The notes under the pieces: generated by a model
Database searches by the model: none
What the model saw: only the letters and a program-made list of their open reading frames with translations
What the model was told of the DNA's origin: nothing
Translations under genes and position numbers: made by a program
Shown here: piece by piece, positions 1 through 12,544 of the stretch
How the letters are laid out: each line of letters starts with the position of its first letter
Position numbering within the stretch: position 1 is the first letter of the stretch
Assembly (NCBI GenBank): GCA_003344405.1
Contig: NOWV01000143.1
Coordinates: forward strand, 173,177-193,176
Origin: Trichoplax sp. H2
Lineage: Eukaryota
Direction of reading: 5' to 3'
Length of the DNA: 20,000 bases

Positions 1-327
1 ATAAATCATCGCAGAAATTATGTCTGGCTAAGGCGAGAGAAAAATATCGCATTTACTTTATTTATCATCTTTATAGGTAATTTAGCTACTTATGGCCCTG
101 CGGCAATAGTTATGTTCCTACAAATGATAAATGAACTTCAATCTTCTGCTATTCTTTCTTGCATCTTATTAACTGTAATGTATACTAACAGTGTGATCAA
201 TCCGTACATATTAATAGGAAGCAGTAGCAATTACCGACGTTACTTAATTAAAAGATGGCGTCGATGTTTACTTTGGTGCTGTTGTGTGACTACCAATAGA
301 GTTATTGCCGTAAAAGCAATGCAGTAA
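1..327 (+). CDS. 3' part (end of ICL3, TM6, TM7, helix 8, C-tail) of a class A rhodopsin-like GPCR; 5' end lies outside the window
   Basis: Frame 1 is open from base 1 to TAA at 325-327: INHRRNYVWLRREKNIAFTLFIIFIGNLATYGPAAIVMFLQ...LLTVMYTNSVINPYILIGSSSNYRRYLIKRWRRCLLWCCC. It shows a basic stretch before TM6, a TM6 proline (YGP), the TM7 NSxxNP motif, a helix-8-like YRRYL and a Cys cluster. The ORF-track ATG at 112 is internal. Confidence 0.9.
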   Translation: MNHRRNYVWLRREKNIAFTLFIIFIGNLATYGPAAIVMFLQMINELQSSAILSCILLTVMYTNSVINPYILIGSSSNYRRYLIKRWRRCLLWCCCVTTNRVIAVKAMQ

Positions 328-2049
328 TTTTACAGTATTTTCTTAGAAATATTACAGTTAATTATTTCTTTGGCTTTCTAAACCTTAATACATTTATACT
401 ATTTTTATACTCTCTATTTAAAACTAATATATAATATATACGATAATAGTAATCAATTACGTAATCGAATTATTTAAAAAATATTGATTAGGTGGAGGAA
501 GATTAGCAATCAGTTTTGTGCAACATCCTGATCGAATATCGTCTAATATTGAGTAACATTCCTTATGTACACCATAACATGGTTATTGTTAATCGCATTT
601 ATAGAATTTGCTGATGATGATCTAATCTGTGATGCGACATATAGTTGTAATCGCCACTGTATGTCGCGATACGTAGTACCTGGTATAATATTATGAATGA
701 GTATAAAATATTATATACTGTGTAATGGATTCTCACGTAAATTGTTAGTTGTTAGTTGATATTAACTTAGAATTTATGAAAACTTAAAATCTTTATAATA
801 AGTATAGTAAACCCTATTAAAGATGTTTCATAGTTTTCCATATAAAGAAAGTTGAATCAGATTGCATTCTGAATGGCTATTTTTATCTAGAATATGTCAA
901 ATCTTTATTATCGGAAGTGTATATTGATGGATGACCATATAAAAGAGTTAGTTAATAATAAAGCTAGACTTTTTTAAGCTAGGAACTAAAATTTTGTTAC
1001 GATTGATGAGATCAATAATGCAGAATTTACAATTTTATCCAAATATTGTTAAACAAGATTACGTAGCAGTACTGTAAGTTCATTGACTACTCTATCCATA
1101 AAATGGAGGTTTCATAGTGTAATGAAAATATGTAGTCTATATGAACTCCTAATGATAGGAATTCATCAGTATGTAATGCTTTAAAGCACCTATTAAAGGC
1201 AGATTTGGAGCCAGACAAGAAGGAATGAAAAGCATTTGCGTAAATCATTGAACCCTGAATGAAACTATTATAAAGATATGTAATAAAATCAAAGTACGTG
1301 ATTGCTGGTAAGATCATTTCCAACGGTTGGCTAGCCGATGACTTAAGCAATGAGATATAAATAAATAAGTTTTAGCTTATATTTATTAATTACAACTTAT
1401 GAGCGATAAAATAATTATATCTTTATTAAAGTATTTTAAGCTCCATTTTCATACTGAACTAAAGAGCACGATGATAAATAGTAATCTAGAAAAGGAAATT
1501 GAATGGCAACGCTTTTTTAAATTTAGATTTATATCTTAGCAGCTATGTTAGATGTAATTTTAATATTCGACATTGAGAAAGATCAAAATGATACTATTTC
1601 CTTAATTACCCGGTCAAAAATAAAAACTTTTCTTTTAAAGTAACTATATACTTAATTACGATCGTTACCAATCAGCTCATTTAACAGATATTAATAATCT
1701 AATATTCGTAACCAGACGTTGGCATCATTCGTTCTTCTAAGTAGAATTAAATATTACTAAAAAGGATAATATCATGCTTAAATGATTAAAGATTTTGAAA
1801 TTAGCTTTATTGGATGGCTAAATATCAATTAAATCTATTTTTACAATCATCGCTTCATTGGCATTTAAACGGAGTAATTATTGCTATCATGCCGTGTCAC
1901 AAAATAGCTTTGCAACAAGATAACGTAATGTACGATCAATAAGTCAATTCCTTGAACCACGCATCAAGAACGATATCTGCACTATCAGAAACACTTTTGC
2001 TCTGCTAGCAGATGTTAAGCTTTCTAGTTTATCGTAACAATAATTCAAT

Positions 2050-2103
2050 AGTCCAGTAGGGCTTGAGTACTGAACAATCACGAGTCCAATAGAGCTTAAG
2101 TAC
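2050..2103. repeat. 21-bp imperfect direct repeat, period 33
   Basis: AGTCCAGTAGGGCTTGAGTAC (2050-2070) versus AGTCCAATAGAGCTTAAGTAC (2083-2103); 3 mismatches, all G/A. Confidence 0.6.
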
Positions 2104-5100
2104 CGCGCTAACTTTATTATGCATTAGGAGCCGTTATATATAGAGACAATTACCAGTAATGTGCAATAACGGACATACCATGAATGTTAACGACAATCTT
2201 ATCTTATTCATAATAAGATAACAACTTATTTTCTTAGATATGCTATCTAGGACTTAATCGTCATCATTACAGAACAACTGCAGAAATATACTGTAATAAA
2301 CAGGCTTATTCAATACGATAGATCTTAGCGATACTATGTCTACAACATCTATATTATTTCGTAACAGCAGACCACACAAAGACTTAAACGCCTCGTATTT
2401 TACGTTAAACACTAAGTTTGAGAATCCACTTTATTACACGATATACTGCATTTATATACTCTTCCTCAATAGTTCATGAGTCATAGTTAGTACGATTAAG
2501 TTTGGAATCATTTACTAAATTAGATATTAATTTTAGCTACTGCTCCCTTAATGCAGACAACAGTATTTACGAACATAGACATCTGATGAGTAATACAGAA
2601 TAGTCGGATTACGATTTGTCCTATCACGGAACATTTCCACGATAATTTACAATGTACCATAAGTAAGTTACAACCACAATGATTCGAACTGTAAGTAGAT
2701 GATTTACATTCCCTATTATAACTATTAATTCAGTATGTGTACATGTGTCTCTGTCATAAAAAGTCAGTGCTATATTAAAATACAGTATATCCAAATCAGA
2801 AGTTAACTAAATAAGGAGAGGCTAACAGAATTTTCCTAACATAGATATTTCTACTCTAATACAGTATATAACACTGTCACATACCGCTACGTGGCTAGAT
2901 TCTGCTGAAACATTGGTATGAGGTTAGACTTCTAGTCTATAAATGTAGCCAACTGAAAATGAGCTTTTGATGAAAGTAAGAATAGAATAATGTATCGTTT
3001 ATTAGCGTATGGAAGATCAATGTCAATCGTAATTAAAACTGCTGCTACAAATTTTTTTTAATAGAAATTGATCGACCGTTTGCTAGATTTTAATCTGCAT
3101 GAAGGATATTTAATTTAGTATCAAAGACTATTCATTCATTTTTGGCTTTCTTTACTCGATCAGAACTATCCACGGAGATGTTTTTGAAAACATAAAATGA
3201 CTAGACAATAGCTTCCGACAACCACACCTACGTTATTGTAACGGACATCTTGGTAATTGGGTGCGAATGGCGTTTATTATACTACTATTGTTGCTTACAA
3301 TTTATAGTGTACTTAAGTTCAATAAATCTTTGAAAGCTACTCTCTATAAAATCAACACTTTAAAATGTTATTTTTCATACGGGTACTAGGTAGTACTTTT
3401 ATATTTTTTAATTAAATGGCCAGTAACTTTATTTTTATTATGATAATATATCGGAGCATTACTATAATATATTCTATTCAGTTATGATGTATAGAGCTAT
3501 AATTTCATTCGAATGCCTTAACTTTGGCTTGTCCACTAGGAAAGCCCCTGCTAGAATTATCTAGGAAGAGATAGGGCATCTCACATATTCTAATGACAGA
3601 CTACGATTTAAAATTATCCAGTAATGATCATCGATTCAAAATAACAGTTGTAATACTATAAGATTTAATGACATTAATTTCTGTATTTATTCCATTATTG
3701 CAGCAATAGCTTTGTTCCATTAAATCTTGTAGAAAATGCAAATCTGATTGTCGATATTATCAATGATTGATAAAATGTGATTTCATTTTTTTGTATGCTA
3801 ACTTATTTTTTCAATTTTAATGAAGATTTTACAACTTTGGTATATTGTTCTACCGGTAATTGATAGCAGACATGATCGAATGGTGGTACCATAACGTTTG
3901 ATAATTATTAATTGAACCTACTGTAATTTGTAATAGCATTATATTAAGTTTAATTAATAATTGACAAACGCAATAGTTCGATCATATTATAGTAAATTGT
4001 ACGTGTATGTGAGGCCATTGCTACTACTTTAATAAGATAATTTAGATTAATTGGTCACAGTCCGAACCGCTATGAATAAAATTCTGATTAATTAAGGGCT
4101 ATTCACTACGGCATGCTGTAAAAGGCTTTAGAAATAGAAATATTTTAATTTGATGTTTAAAATTATTTATCATAAGCTGGTGTTGCCACGTGCTACTTCT
4201 TGAATGAATTAATTGGACTAATATCAAGAGCTTTCTTTGAGCTGCTTCCACAGATTTCTGCACTAACCTATGGCAAGGGCTAGTAAGAAGACAATTAGTC
4301 TTACTACTATAACATCGAAGTACTGTCCTTCGAAAGGTTCAATTCGGTACCGGTAGTTGCAAAGTATGATAATAAAATGAACAACATATACTGTAGGTAG
4401 TAACGCTTGCATTTTAACTCAAATCAGCTGGTATAAACCCATAAATATAGCTACAAATTAATAATTTTCTAGCAGCAAAATATGAAATTAAAAAATTATA
4501 ATTATTTCAATTATATATTTGAACCAATTAGCATCATAAATACTGTATTACTGTAATTAGATATGAGGATAGATTAATTTATGAACTCTGATCTTACCTA
4601 AATTATATAAAAAGCCTTATTGACTGGTAGTAGTATCATGTCACAAGTAATGTTCATAAATTACATTTTTCCGACGAAGCACAAGTTATATTGGAATGCT
4701 ATAGCGTATTAATTCGTAAACTAGTAGGTGAGATACTTGTATGGTTTTTCTTATTCAATAGAATTCAAACACTATAACAATCGAGATTTCTTCAAAGTCT
4801 ATAATAATAGGAACGGTATGCCGAAGTATTCCTCTATAAATAGTAATTTGCTTATAATACGTAAATTCAAAGTTTTGAATTTAAATGAAAATTTCTGTTC
4901 CTGTCGTTTTCAGCTACTATTAGAAGAGAATATGATTTGGGCAGCTAGTAAAATGAATCAATTCCTTAATTTTTTAGTTAATTTAAAATAAAAGTTTTCT
5001 GGGCTATTGTACGATTTACAAGTTATAGATTTTAAGCTGAGTAAATATATAGAGTATTTCGTGGTAATTCTAATTGCAATCTATAACGTTAGAAAATAAT

Positions 5101-8100
5101 TCGGAAATATGATAATATGGGCTTGTCACGGTAACAAATTACCGTAAGTGGTTATTTCATGCAAATATGTAGATTTACGCTTTATTAGGGGATGGCGACT
5201 GTCATCAACGTTCTTATGTTATTCTATTACTGAATATAGTGTAAATACGAGCATTAGGAACAAGATTGGTCAAACTAATGTTTACGTTATAAAGCTGTAA
5301 TCTAAATAATTATTCAGTTAAGATGGAAATTTTAAAATTTAGCGGTAGCCTTTAAATATAACTGTTGGGAATTGGTTTAACTGATACTGTTGCCATCTGC
5401 CGATGTATTATAAACCTGATTGGTAAACTTGCATATGCTAATGTATACAGATTTTGGATATTCTAAATTTAAATTTCATACTAAATAAGTTCGATAAGAA
5501 GTAATGAAAATCGGGGATATTTCGTATATTAGTGCTGTATTCAACACTACAGTAAGATAAGAGAAGTCTTAAACGGAAACATTTTGGTAGAAATATTACC
5601 TATGAATGGTCACATTGTAAATCTAAAAGGGGTTGAACAGTTTAACTATTTACGCCATTAAATTATCTGTTTAAGCAGTTACCGATTAATAAATTTGATT
5701 TAAGATTTCATTTTAAGTTGAATACTTAACTTGTTATCTAGAATAGTCGATTATAGCTCTGACTACGGAAAACAGTTTCAGTACAGTAGATCGCCTTGTG
5801 ATATAACAGTATATAGTAATTTCAATTAGTTGGTAGTGACAATAAATAGCCGAAATTATTTTCTCAACCCGTATTGCTAGTCTTATAGTAAATGGAGGTC
5901 TGTAGCAGGGCTATACATCAGTATATATAGATATGACCGGTAGTTAATCAGTTAGAGCTATTGTCGTTATTTCTAATTTAGATTTCTGCGTGATCTAATG
6001 GGATATTTCATGCTAAAATCAGTTAAGAGAACGTAAATTTATCGTAATTATATAAGTCGATCTTTAACCGAAGTGCCTTGAGATATTAGTAAATACTGTA
6101 ATTCATTCAGTAGATCTAGATACTTGCTGATCCATACATTTACTAACTACAAGCTACGTACTACAGGCTTAAGAATTATACCAATAGTATAAGTTATACT
6201 TTTGATAATGAACTTGTACAATTTGCAGCATTTTAAAATGATGAATATGTTACGATTTCTAAATATTAAAAGGTTGCACTAAGTAATTTAGTGGTACAAA
6301 GAATCCACTTCAACGCTTCAAATTAAATGCTATGATTGAGAACAGATCGTGAGAAAGTAAAATTTAGTTTGATCTTGCGGCTTGATTGCAAGATATGATT
6401 AGTAATAGTAGATGAGCCAAAATTTTTTTATAGTAAGCCAAGTTTTACTAAAAGTACTGTCACAAACCCGCTTCGTGACAAGGATAACGTAAAATAAATC
6501 TCTAAACTACTAAAGTCTACGGGATTCGGTATCACTTAACTATCTCACAAGAATTTAGATGCCTTAGTTTCTAAGTTAAACGAATACAGAATTCCGATTT
6601 TACTCAGCTATCCACCGAGCTTAATACCCTCCAGCAACAGCTATCATGAATGAGTCATCATAAGATTATGAAAGTTAGTTCATACTGGATAGCTAAATTA
6701 ATACACAGATATTTATAATCGTAAATATGTACCGAATGATTCTAGATAACTAGATGTCGTGATGTATCCGTATTGGGTTATACTAGGATATGTATACTAT
6801 GCAGTGTAAGTCGCTATGTCAAGAATAATCACAAGTGCACCATCGGCGTAGGCCAAGACTGTAAAAGCCGAGCACTAGCTTAGCTGCTCAGTTCCATTTA
6901 GTCACTTGCAGGGTCACTTGACTACTATTGCTAAGAATATTCTTATATTTTTCTTTAATACATTTTACGACTAAGATTAACGTAAATAAAGTGAAGTATT
7001 TAAACCTATTAATCATAAGTAACTTATTTGTGTAGCTGAGAGTTAGTTCAACTACGATAGGTCCCTAAGTTAGTTGGGAACACGAGTACTAGTGAAGTTA
7101 GTGTTTAAGATCCGTTTTCGAGTTACAAAGGAGAATTGTAACAATTAGATGATTGCTAACTACTGTATTAGAAATTGTTGATGACTAATAAAAGCTAGTT
7201 TAATAATTACGGTACAAGATTTATATAGCTAGAAACTTAGTAGTTGCTAAGATTCCCTTCGGAGAAAAGGGCCTAGATGTTAATAGAAGAGTAGTGACAT
7301 CTTAAAAAGAATGATTTAGATTATAGAAAATAATGATGTACCATTAGAGAAAAGTATTTTATTTGATGACTCGTATCTGATTATAGATTAATCAAGTTGT
7401 CATAAATGGATTTAACGAAATGCATACAGGAACTGCAGAGATGAGCTCATGGAGAGAAGAGACTTCACTTCGCTTTGAGCTCCGAAAGCTTTAGATTTTA
7501 GAATAGATTCTTGTAGTAATTAATTCTTGCTCTACTATTCCTAAAGCCTTGTAATAAAAGCCTTTTAGAAAATACTATTTGACTAAGATAGTTATTGTGA
7601 GACGCATTTATTAAACTAGATTACAGATTTACATTCATAGAGTTATTTATGGTATCGACTATAATTGAATATCTTCAAGATATTAATCACAAGCGTCACA
7701 AGACATGACATTATAATCAATTAACATCAGCTACCATATAAGAACTCTTACTACCGTGCGGTATAATATAATGTAACCAATAATAACTATCATGGTTCTT
7801 ACTATAAGCTATTAATAGTTATCACTATATATAAGTACTAATTCAGTAAATTTAGTCTTTTATTTCTATACAGAAGTTCGTACGGTAACAAATATTTATT
7901 TGTCATGTTTTAAAGACGCTGTACCACTTTAATTAATTTATTGCTCTAAAAATAAATAACAGTGCATGTGTAATAAATCGGTGTCATGATCAATAGTCCG
8001 TAATATACTGTGCAAAGGCTTCAGTAAAGAAACATCTTGAGATCAGTAACCTCATTACTTAGTAAGTAACATCATACGCTTTATCTACTTTAGCGATTGA

Positions 8101-9694
8101 AGTGATTATCACCTATTTCTTCAAATCTTAATTCGTTTCATCCAATAGTTTATATTTCTATCAAGCAAGTGCTCAACGTTCTCTTACGGGTTGGGGTAAT
8201 AGTCTTCAGAGGATTTTGCGCCTAGAATTGCTTTATTACGGATAATTTTGCATAAGTATGATACTAGATTAATTGTGTAAGAATCGGATGCCTGCCATAT
8301 TGTGACTCTTTCTCAAAGTTCATATTCGATTACGATTACATTTGCAATTACCAAATACCGCTTAACAATTTATTGTAATAGAAAATTTCAACACAAGATT
8401 TTGTAAATAGCGGAAATATGTATAATATAATATACTGTATTTCTATTATTTAGCGAAACTCGTAGAAATTTCACTGTATGTAACAGATTAACGCACATTT
8501 ATTCGCATAAATATGATTTGATAGCACTTACTGATTAAATATCTTTTCATAGCCGTAGTGTTTCCGTATCCAAATCATATTTAGTGTACATTATTTTTGC
8601 TCAAACTTGAGCGTGAATTTTAAGCCTATAGTGCAGCCCGAAGTATAGCTTAAATATTGATTGTATGATTGTATGAGTATTGTAACCCACGTGTTAATTA
8701 GTCAGATAGATACCCTTGTAAGTTCCAAATTGTAGAATGTAAGATTTTATAAGTGAGCATTCGTGTTAGTAGTTACAAAGTAGCTTGTAGTAGTTGTTAG
8801 AGATGCTGTATTGGGAGATCTTCATACCTTAAGATACGCTAGTAACGAAATGCTAATCTAATTAAAATAAATATTGATCCCTATTTCCTCGTGATACTCT
8901 GTAACTAAATGTATATAAACAGGATATTTTATCTCCGAAGTTTAGTTAGTTGTAGCTAATCTAGCCCTTGGTAGAAGACGTAATTTATACTCAAGATACG
9001 GAAGTCTTGCTTAAAGTTAGACACTTTATCACAAAGTCAAATTGGTCATCATATGAGTTGCATCGTTTCTAAGTTTATAGTATATTACTTAGACTTGTGT
9101 CACGAAGTAGCTTTAACTTTATTTCTAATATGAACAGTTTGCATTTACTATTAAAGTAATCATTCATTTTTCGTAACTTCCATATTTATAAAGCATTTGA
9201 AACCATTTTACACTGCAATACTCACCATATCAGCAATAGAATTCTAGATTTATGCTTGGCGATTAGCAAACTTTATTCTATAGATAACGATATTCCATAT
9301 ACGGATCAGTTATACACTTTTCCAAGCATATTATGGATATAGTAAGCCTCTTATCTTCGTTTAAGACATACTATATGCAATAAACAATACCAGCTGTAAG
9401 TTTATTAAATAATAAAACTAGTACATCTTGTTAACTTTAATTTAAGAACAGTTAGAAAATGTAATAAATTATATAGGCGAATTTGTTTCATAGTTTAAGT
9501 TAGCGGCAATGCAATAGTAATTAAGGATGAGAAACTTAATACGGGTACATCACTCTTATTTTATTTTTTAGCCTTTTAGCTTATGTACGAACTATAAGTT
9601 TAGCTATAAACTAGCATACAGGTTGAGGTTAAATGTCCACATCTAATAATATAGTATTGGTCTTAATACTATTTCGTTGAGCCGGTGAAATCAA

Positions 9695-10750
9695 CTATTT
9701 AGTCGATGTTTTCCGCAAGCAGCCGCCACTATCACGAATAATAAATAGTGTTGATGTTCTGCGAATAGGAATAATGGTAGAAGTAAATTTTATCGATTTA
9801 ATACTTTGACGAAAAGATGGACTTGATGCCATATATATAAAAGGATTCCACACCGATGAAGAATAAGCAATCATTCTAAATACAAATGAGATATTGGCCA
9901 TGATAAAATACAAGGATGGATCTTGTTTAAATCTTGTACGAAGCGCTACATCCATAAATAGTAGAGTATAAAATCCAATACTAGATAAAATATAAACTAG
10001 CAGAACAATAAATGCCGTCTTTGCGCGACGTTTAGCGTAACAAAGTTGATGTGCATTAGGCTGTAGATGGATAGGTAATTGATTTAATTTTCGTAGTACT
10101 TTACCAATGACAATATAAGAAACGATTCCAGAAATCAAAGGCATAAAAAATTGTATTATCATACCAGAAATTAAATAAGTTATAGAAGACTGTGCTTGCA
10201 TACGGATATAGCAATATTGATAGGGTGTTAAGGTCAAAAAATGAATTTGAGGCGAAGCGAAGGTAAAGCTGAAAATCCAAATTAGACAAATAACTAAACC
10301 AATAGCTTTAGTACTACACCAACGTTCGAAAAAGAACGGTTTTGCGATAGCTAATGAACGATCAATACTAACTACGACTAACGTTAAGGCAGAAACGATA
10401 ATAACCGTTGTTTGGATTACAGGTATAGCTTTGCATAAAAAGAGACCATAATAAAAATAACCTTTATTTAACATAATTGTTCCTGTAAACGGAATGGTAA
10501 TGGCTAATAGAAAGTCTGCGGTTGCTAAATTGCAAAATAACATAAACATATTAGTGGATCGTAAGCTACGTGATAGCAGAATTACTATAATAATAGTACT
10601 ATTAGCGATAAATCCGCCAGCAGCTATGATATAGCTTATGATAGCATGCATCACAAAAGGGATTGGTGCTATAGCATCCGAAGATCGTAAATTCGCTGAA
10701 GTGGTTAATAAAAATGATCCATTGCTGTCCGGTAGAGATGTCATAGTCAT
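9695..10750 (-). CDS. Class A GPCR, 351 aa, single coding exon, neuropeptide-receptor-like orphan
   Basis: Seven hydrophobic segments. N-terminal sequon NGS; TM1 GFIANS; TM2 NLATADFL; TM3 CKAIPVIQ...VSALTLVVVSIDRSLAIAKP; TM4 IWIFSFTFASP; ECL2 Cys (YQYC); TM5 FFMP..Y; TM7 YSSSVWNPFIY; helix 8 FRQ. The TM3 pattern resembles CCK/orexin/RFamide/tachykinin-type receptors (judged by eye). Confidence 0.95.
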   Translation of the reverse strand: MTMTSLPDSNGSFLLTTSANLRSSDAIAPIPFVMHAIISYIIAAGGFIANSTIIIVILLSRSLRSTNMFMLFCNLATADFLLAITIPFTGTIMLNKGYFYYGLFLCKAIPVIQTTVIIVSALTLVVVSIDRSLAIAKPFFFERWCSTKAIGLVICLIWIFSFTFASPQIHFLTLTPYQYCYIRMQAQSSITYLISGMIIQFFMPLISGIVSYIVIGKVLRKLNQLPIHLQPNAHQLCYAKRRAKTAFIVLLVYILSSIGFYTLLFMDVALRTRFKQDPSLYFIMANISFVFRMIAYSSSVWNPFIYMASSPSFRQSIKSIKFTSTIIPIRRTSTLFIIRDSGGCLRKTSTK

Positions 10751-10814
10751 TTTTTCTCTTCACCGTTAGTATAGATGAAATAATTTGATTAGGGTAACTT
10801 AATTGATGCTATTT

Positions 10815-10836
10815 CTGAAAATAAGATTAAATTTAT
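10815..10836 (-). promoter_or_regulatory. Candidate 3' splice acceptor of a 5'-UTR intron, 64 nt upstream of the GPCR ATG
   Basis: The minus strand reads ...TAAATTTAATCTTATTTTCAG|AAATAGC, a pyrimidine tract plus CAG; the exon would begin at 10814. Confidence 0.5.
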
Positions 10837-11298
10837 TATAAGATAGCCAGACTATTAACAATTTAATAAGGAATCAAGAAAACTGCAAATTATAAATGAT
10901 TTTAAAGTACTGAATACATAAATAATATTAAACTTTTCAAACGTAAGGCTAGAATCTACTTTAAGTCTTAAAGGTTTTACTAACTGTTATTACAGAGAAA
11001 GCAAAATGCATGCATTAAGAATGAAGTATATGATTCACTGCAACGATTTTCCTATTATAACTACAGGTTTAGATGCTATTCGAGTAAAAATTCATATAAG
11101 AACTTATAATTTGATAATATATAGTAAGAAAGTCGGCGCACTTCTAAGTTTGCTTCTGTTTTTCCTATAGTATATTATATTGATAAATTCTGATTATTCT
11201 AAAATTCTTTTCAAGGTTTTATTTATGTTAATAATGGCTCATAGGTACCGTTGAATGCTTTTTTTATTTTCCAGTAAACTTGAATAGAAATTGTTTTT

Positions 11299-12388
11299 CT
11301 TTATATTTAGTGCTATCGAATCGCATTACTGTTGTCCATGTAAGTGTGTCTATGATGGGTGCTATTCATAAATAGATAATGGTAGTTGAGATATCTTGAA
11401 TATTTACTCGCTAAAATTTTAATATAATATCATTAATGGCATGTTCGAAATGGGATTAGGCTTCATTATTTAATTAATTAATAAATACATTTATATGTAT
11501 ATGATTATATTATAATTCGTGACCGCTAGAAACAATGGCCTCTTGAATAGTACTAAAAAATATAGCGTATTAGATTGTTGTAATAATGGCGTATACGAAG
11601 ATTATCTAATATACTTACAAGTGTAATATACTTCGAGAAACGATTCTAATTAATTTCTCTTAAAATTCTCTTTCGCAAATAGACTTAGGGTTATTTTATC
11701 TTATCGTCATTTTGGCTATCTTTAACCAAATATCTTTACTATCTATCAAAAAATAGAACTAAAGGATCAAATTTCTATTTTATAGATTAACAATAACGGT
11801 AAGTGATCGTGAAATTTTTAATTTTCAAATTAATAAGATCTAAAATTGTGTTTATACTGTGTCTTCGAGTAATTCTAGCGCTTAGTTTCAAATATTAGAT
11901 TACGAGTCGTGGTTATTTAATCTGCAGCCCATAATTGACTTCGCCAAGGAATGCTTTTAGTTAGAATTTAAGATATCCATTGATAGTGGCTAAACTAGTA
12001 TTTACAGTATTATTCAAATTTTGGGACGATTGATGAAGGATTAGACTATCTTGATATAATTGGGTATCAGACCAACAAGTTACTGACGTTTCAAAAATAT
12101 TAGAAGCAGACACGGAGGTTTTACAGTCAACTTATTATTATACTCGTATAATGCATGTGATATTCTAAAATTATTGTATATTATAAAATTTGCACGGGGG
12201 TTATTAAAGTTTTGACTAGTCATACGAAAATTTAATATATTCGGCTATTTCAATAATTTCTTGCCAATGTGTTAATATGATCTGTAATTATTTTCCTTTA
12301 TATTTGGTGCTATCGAATCGCATTACTGTTGTCCATGTAAGCGTGTCTATGATGGACACTATTCATAAATAGATAATGGTAGTTGAGA
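11299..12388. repeat. 93-bp direct repeat A (11299-11391 and 12296-12388)
   Basis: CTTTATATTTRGTGCTATCGAATCGCATTACTGTTGTCCATGTAAG...CTATTCATAAATAGATAATGGTAGTTGAGA occurs twice, 997 bp apart, with 5 mismatches. Confidence 0.92.
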
Positions 12389-12544
12389 CACGGATACCTT
12401 TCAGTCAACTTATTATTATACTCGTATAATGCATATGATATTCTAAAATTAGTGTGAACTTCTACATAATAAAATAAAATAAGGTTTGACTGGTCATACG
12501 AAAATTTAATATCTTCGGCTATTTCAATAATTTCTTGCTGATGT
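12108..12544. repeat. About 160-bp direct repeat B (12108-12270 and 12386-12544) flanking the second copy of A
   Basis: AGACACGGA..CAGTCAACTTATTATTATACTCGTATAATGCAT.TGATATTCTAAAATTA and TTTGACT.GTCATACGAAAATTTAATAT.TTCGGCTATTTCAATAATTTCTTGC are shared. The central 30-35 bp are unrelated between copies. Confidence 0.9.

Noticed and set aside
1087-1350. 87-aa minus-strand ORF
   Set aside because: Non-ATG start, no recognisable motif and no supporting exon structure.
2050-2103. CRISPR-like repeat-spacer-repeat
   Set aside because: Only two imperfect copies with a 12-nt spacer, in a eukaryotic context with no cas genes.
4271-4347. Pol III A/B-box-like motifs (TGGCAAGGGCT ... GGTTCAATTCG)
   Set aside because: Both deviate from consensus and no cloverleaf can be drawn.
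4728-4991. 87-aa plus-strand ORF
   Set aside because: GTG start; the N/K/F/L-rich composition is typical of a chance ORF in AT-rich DNA.
6834-6879. tRNA-Tyr-like loop CTGTAAA, or a second Helitron end (GCACTAG)
   Set aside because: The anticodon stem does not pair, CTAG is followed by C, and the hairpin geometry is atypical.
10101-10289. 62-aa ORF
   Set aside because: Alternative frame inside the GPCR CDS.
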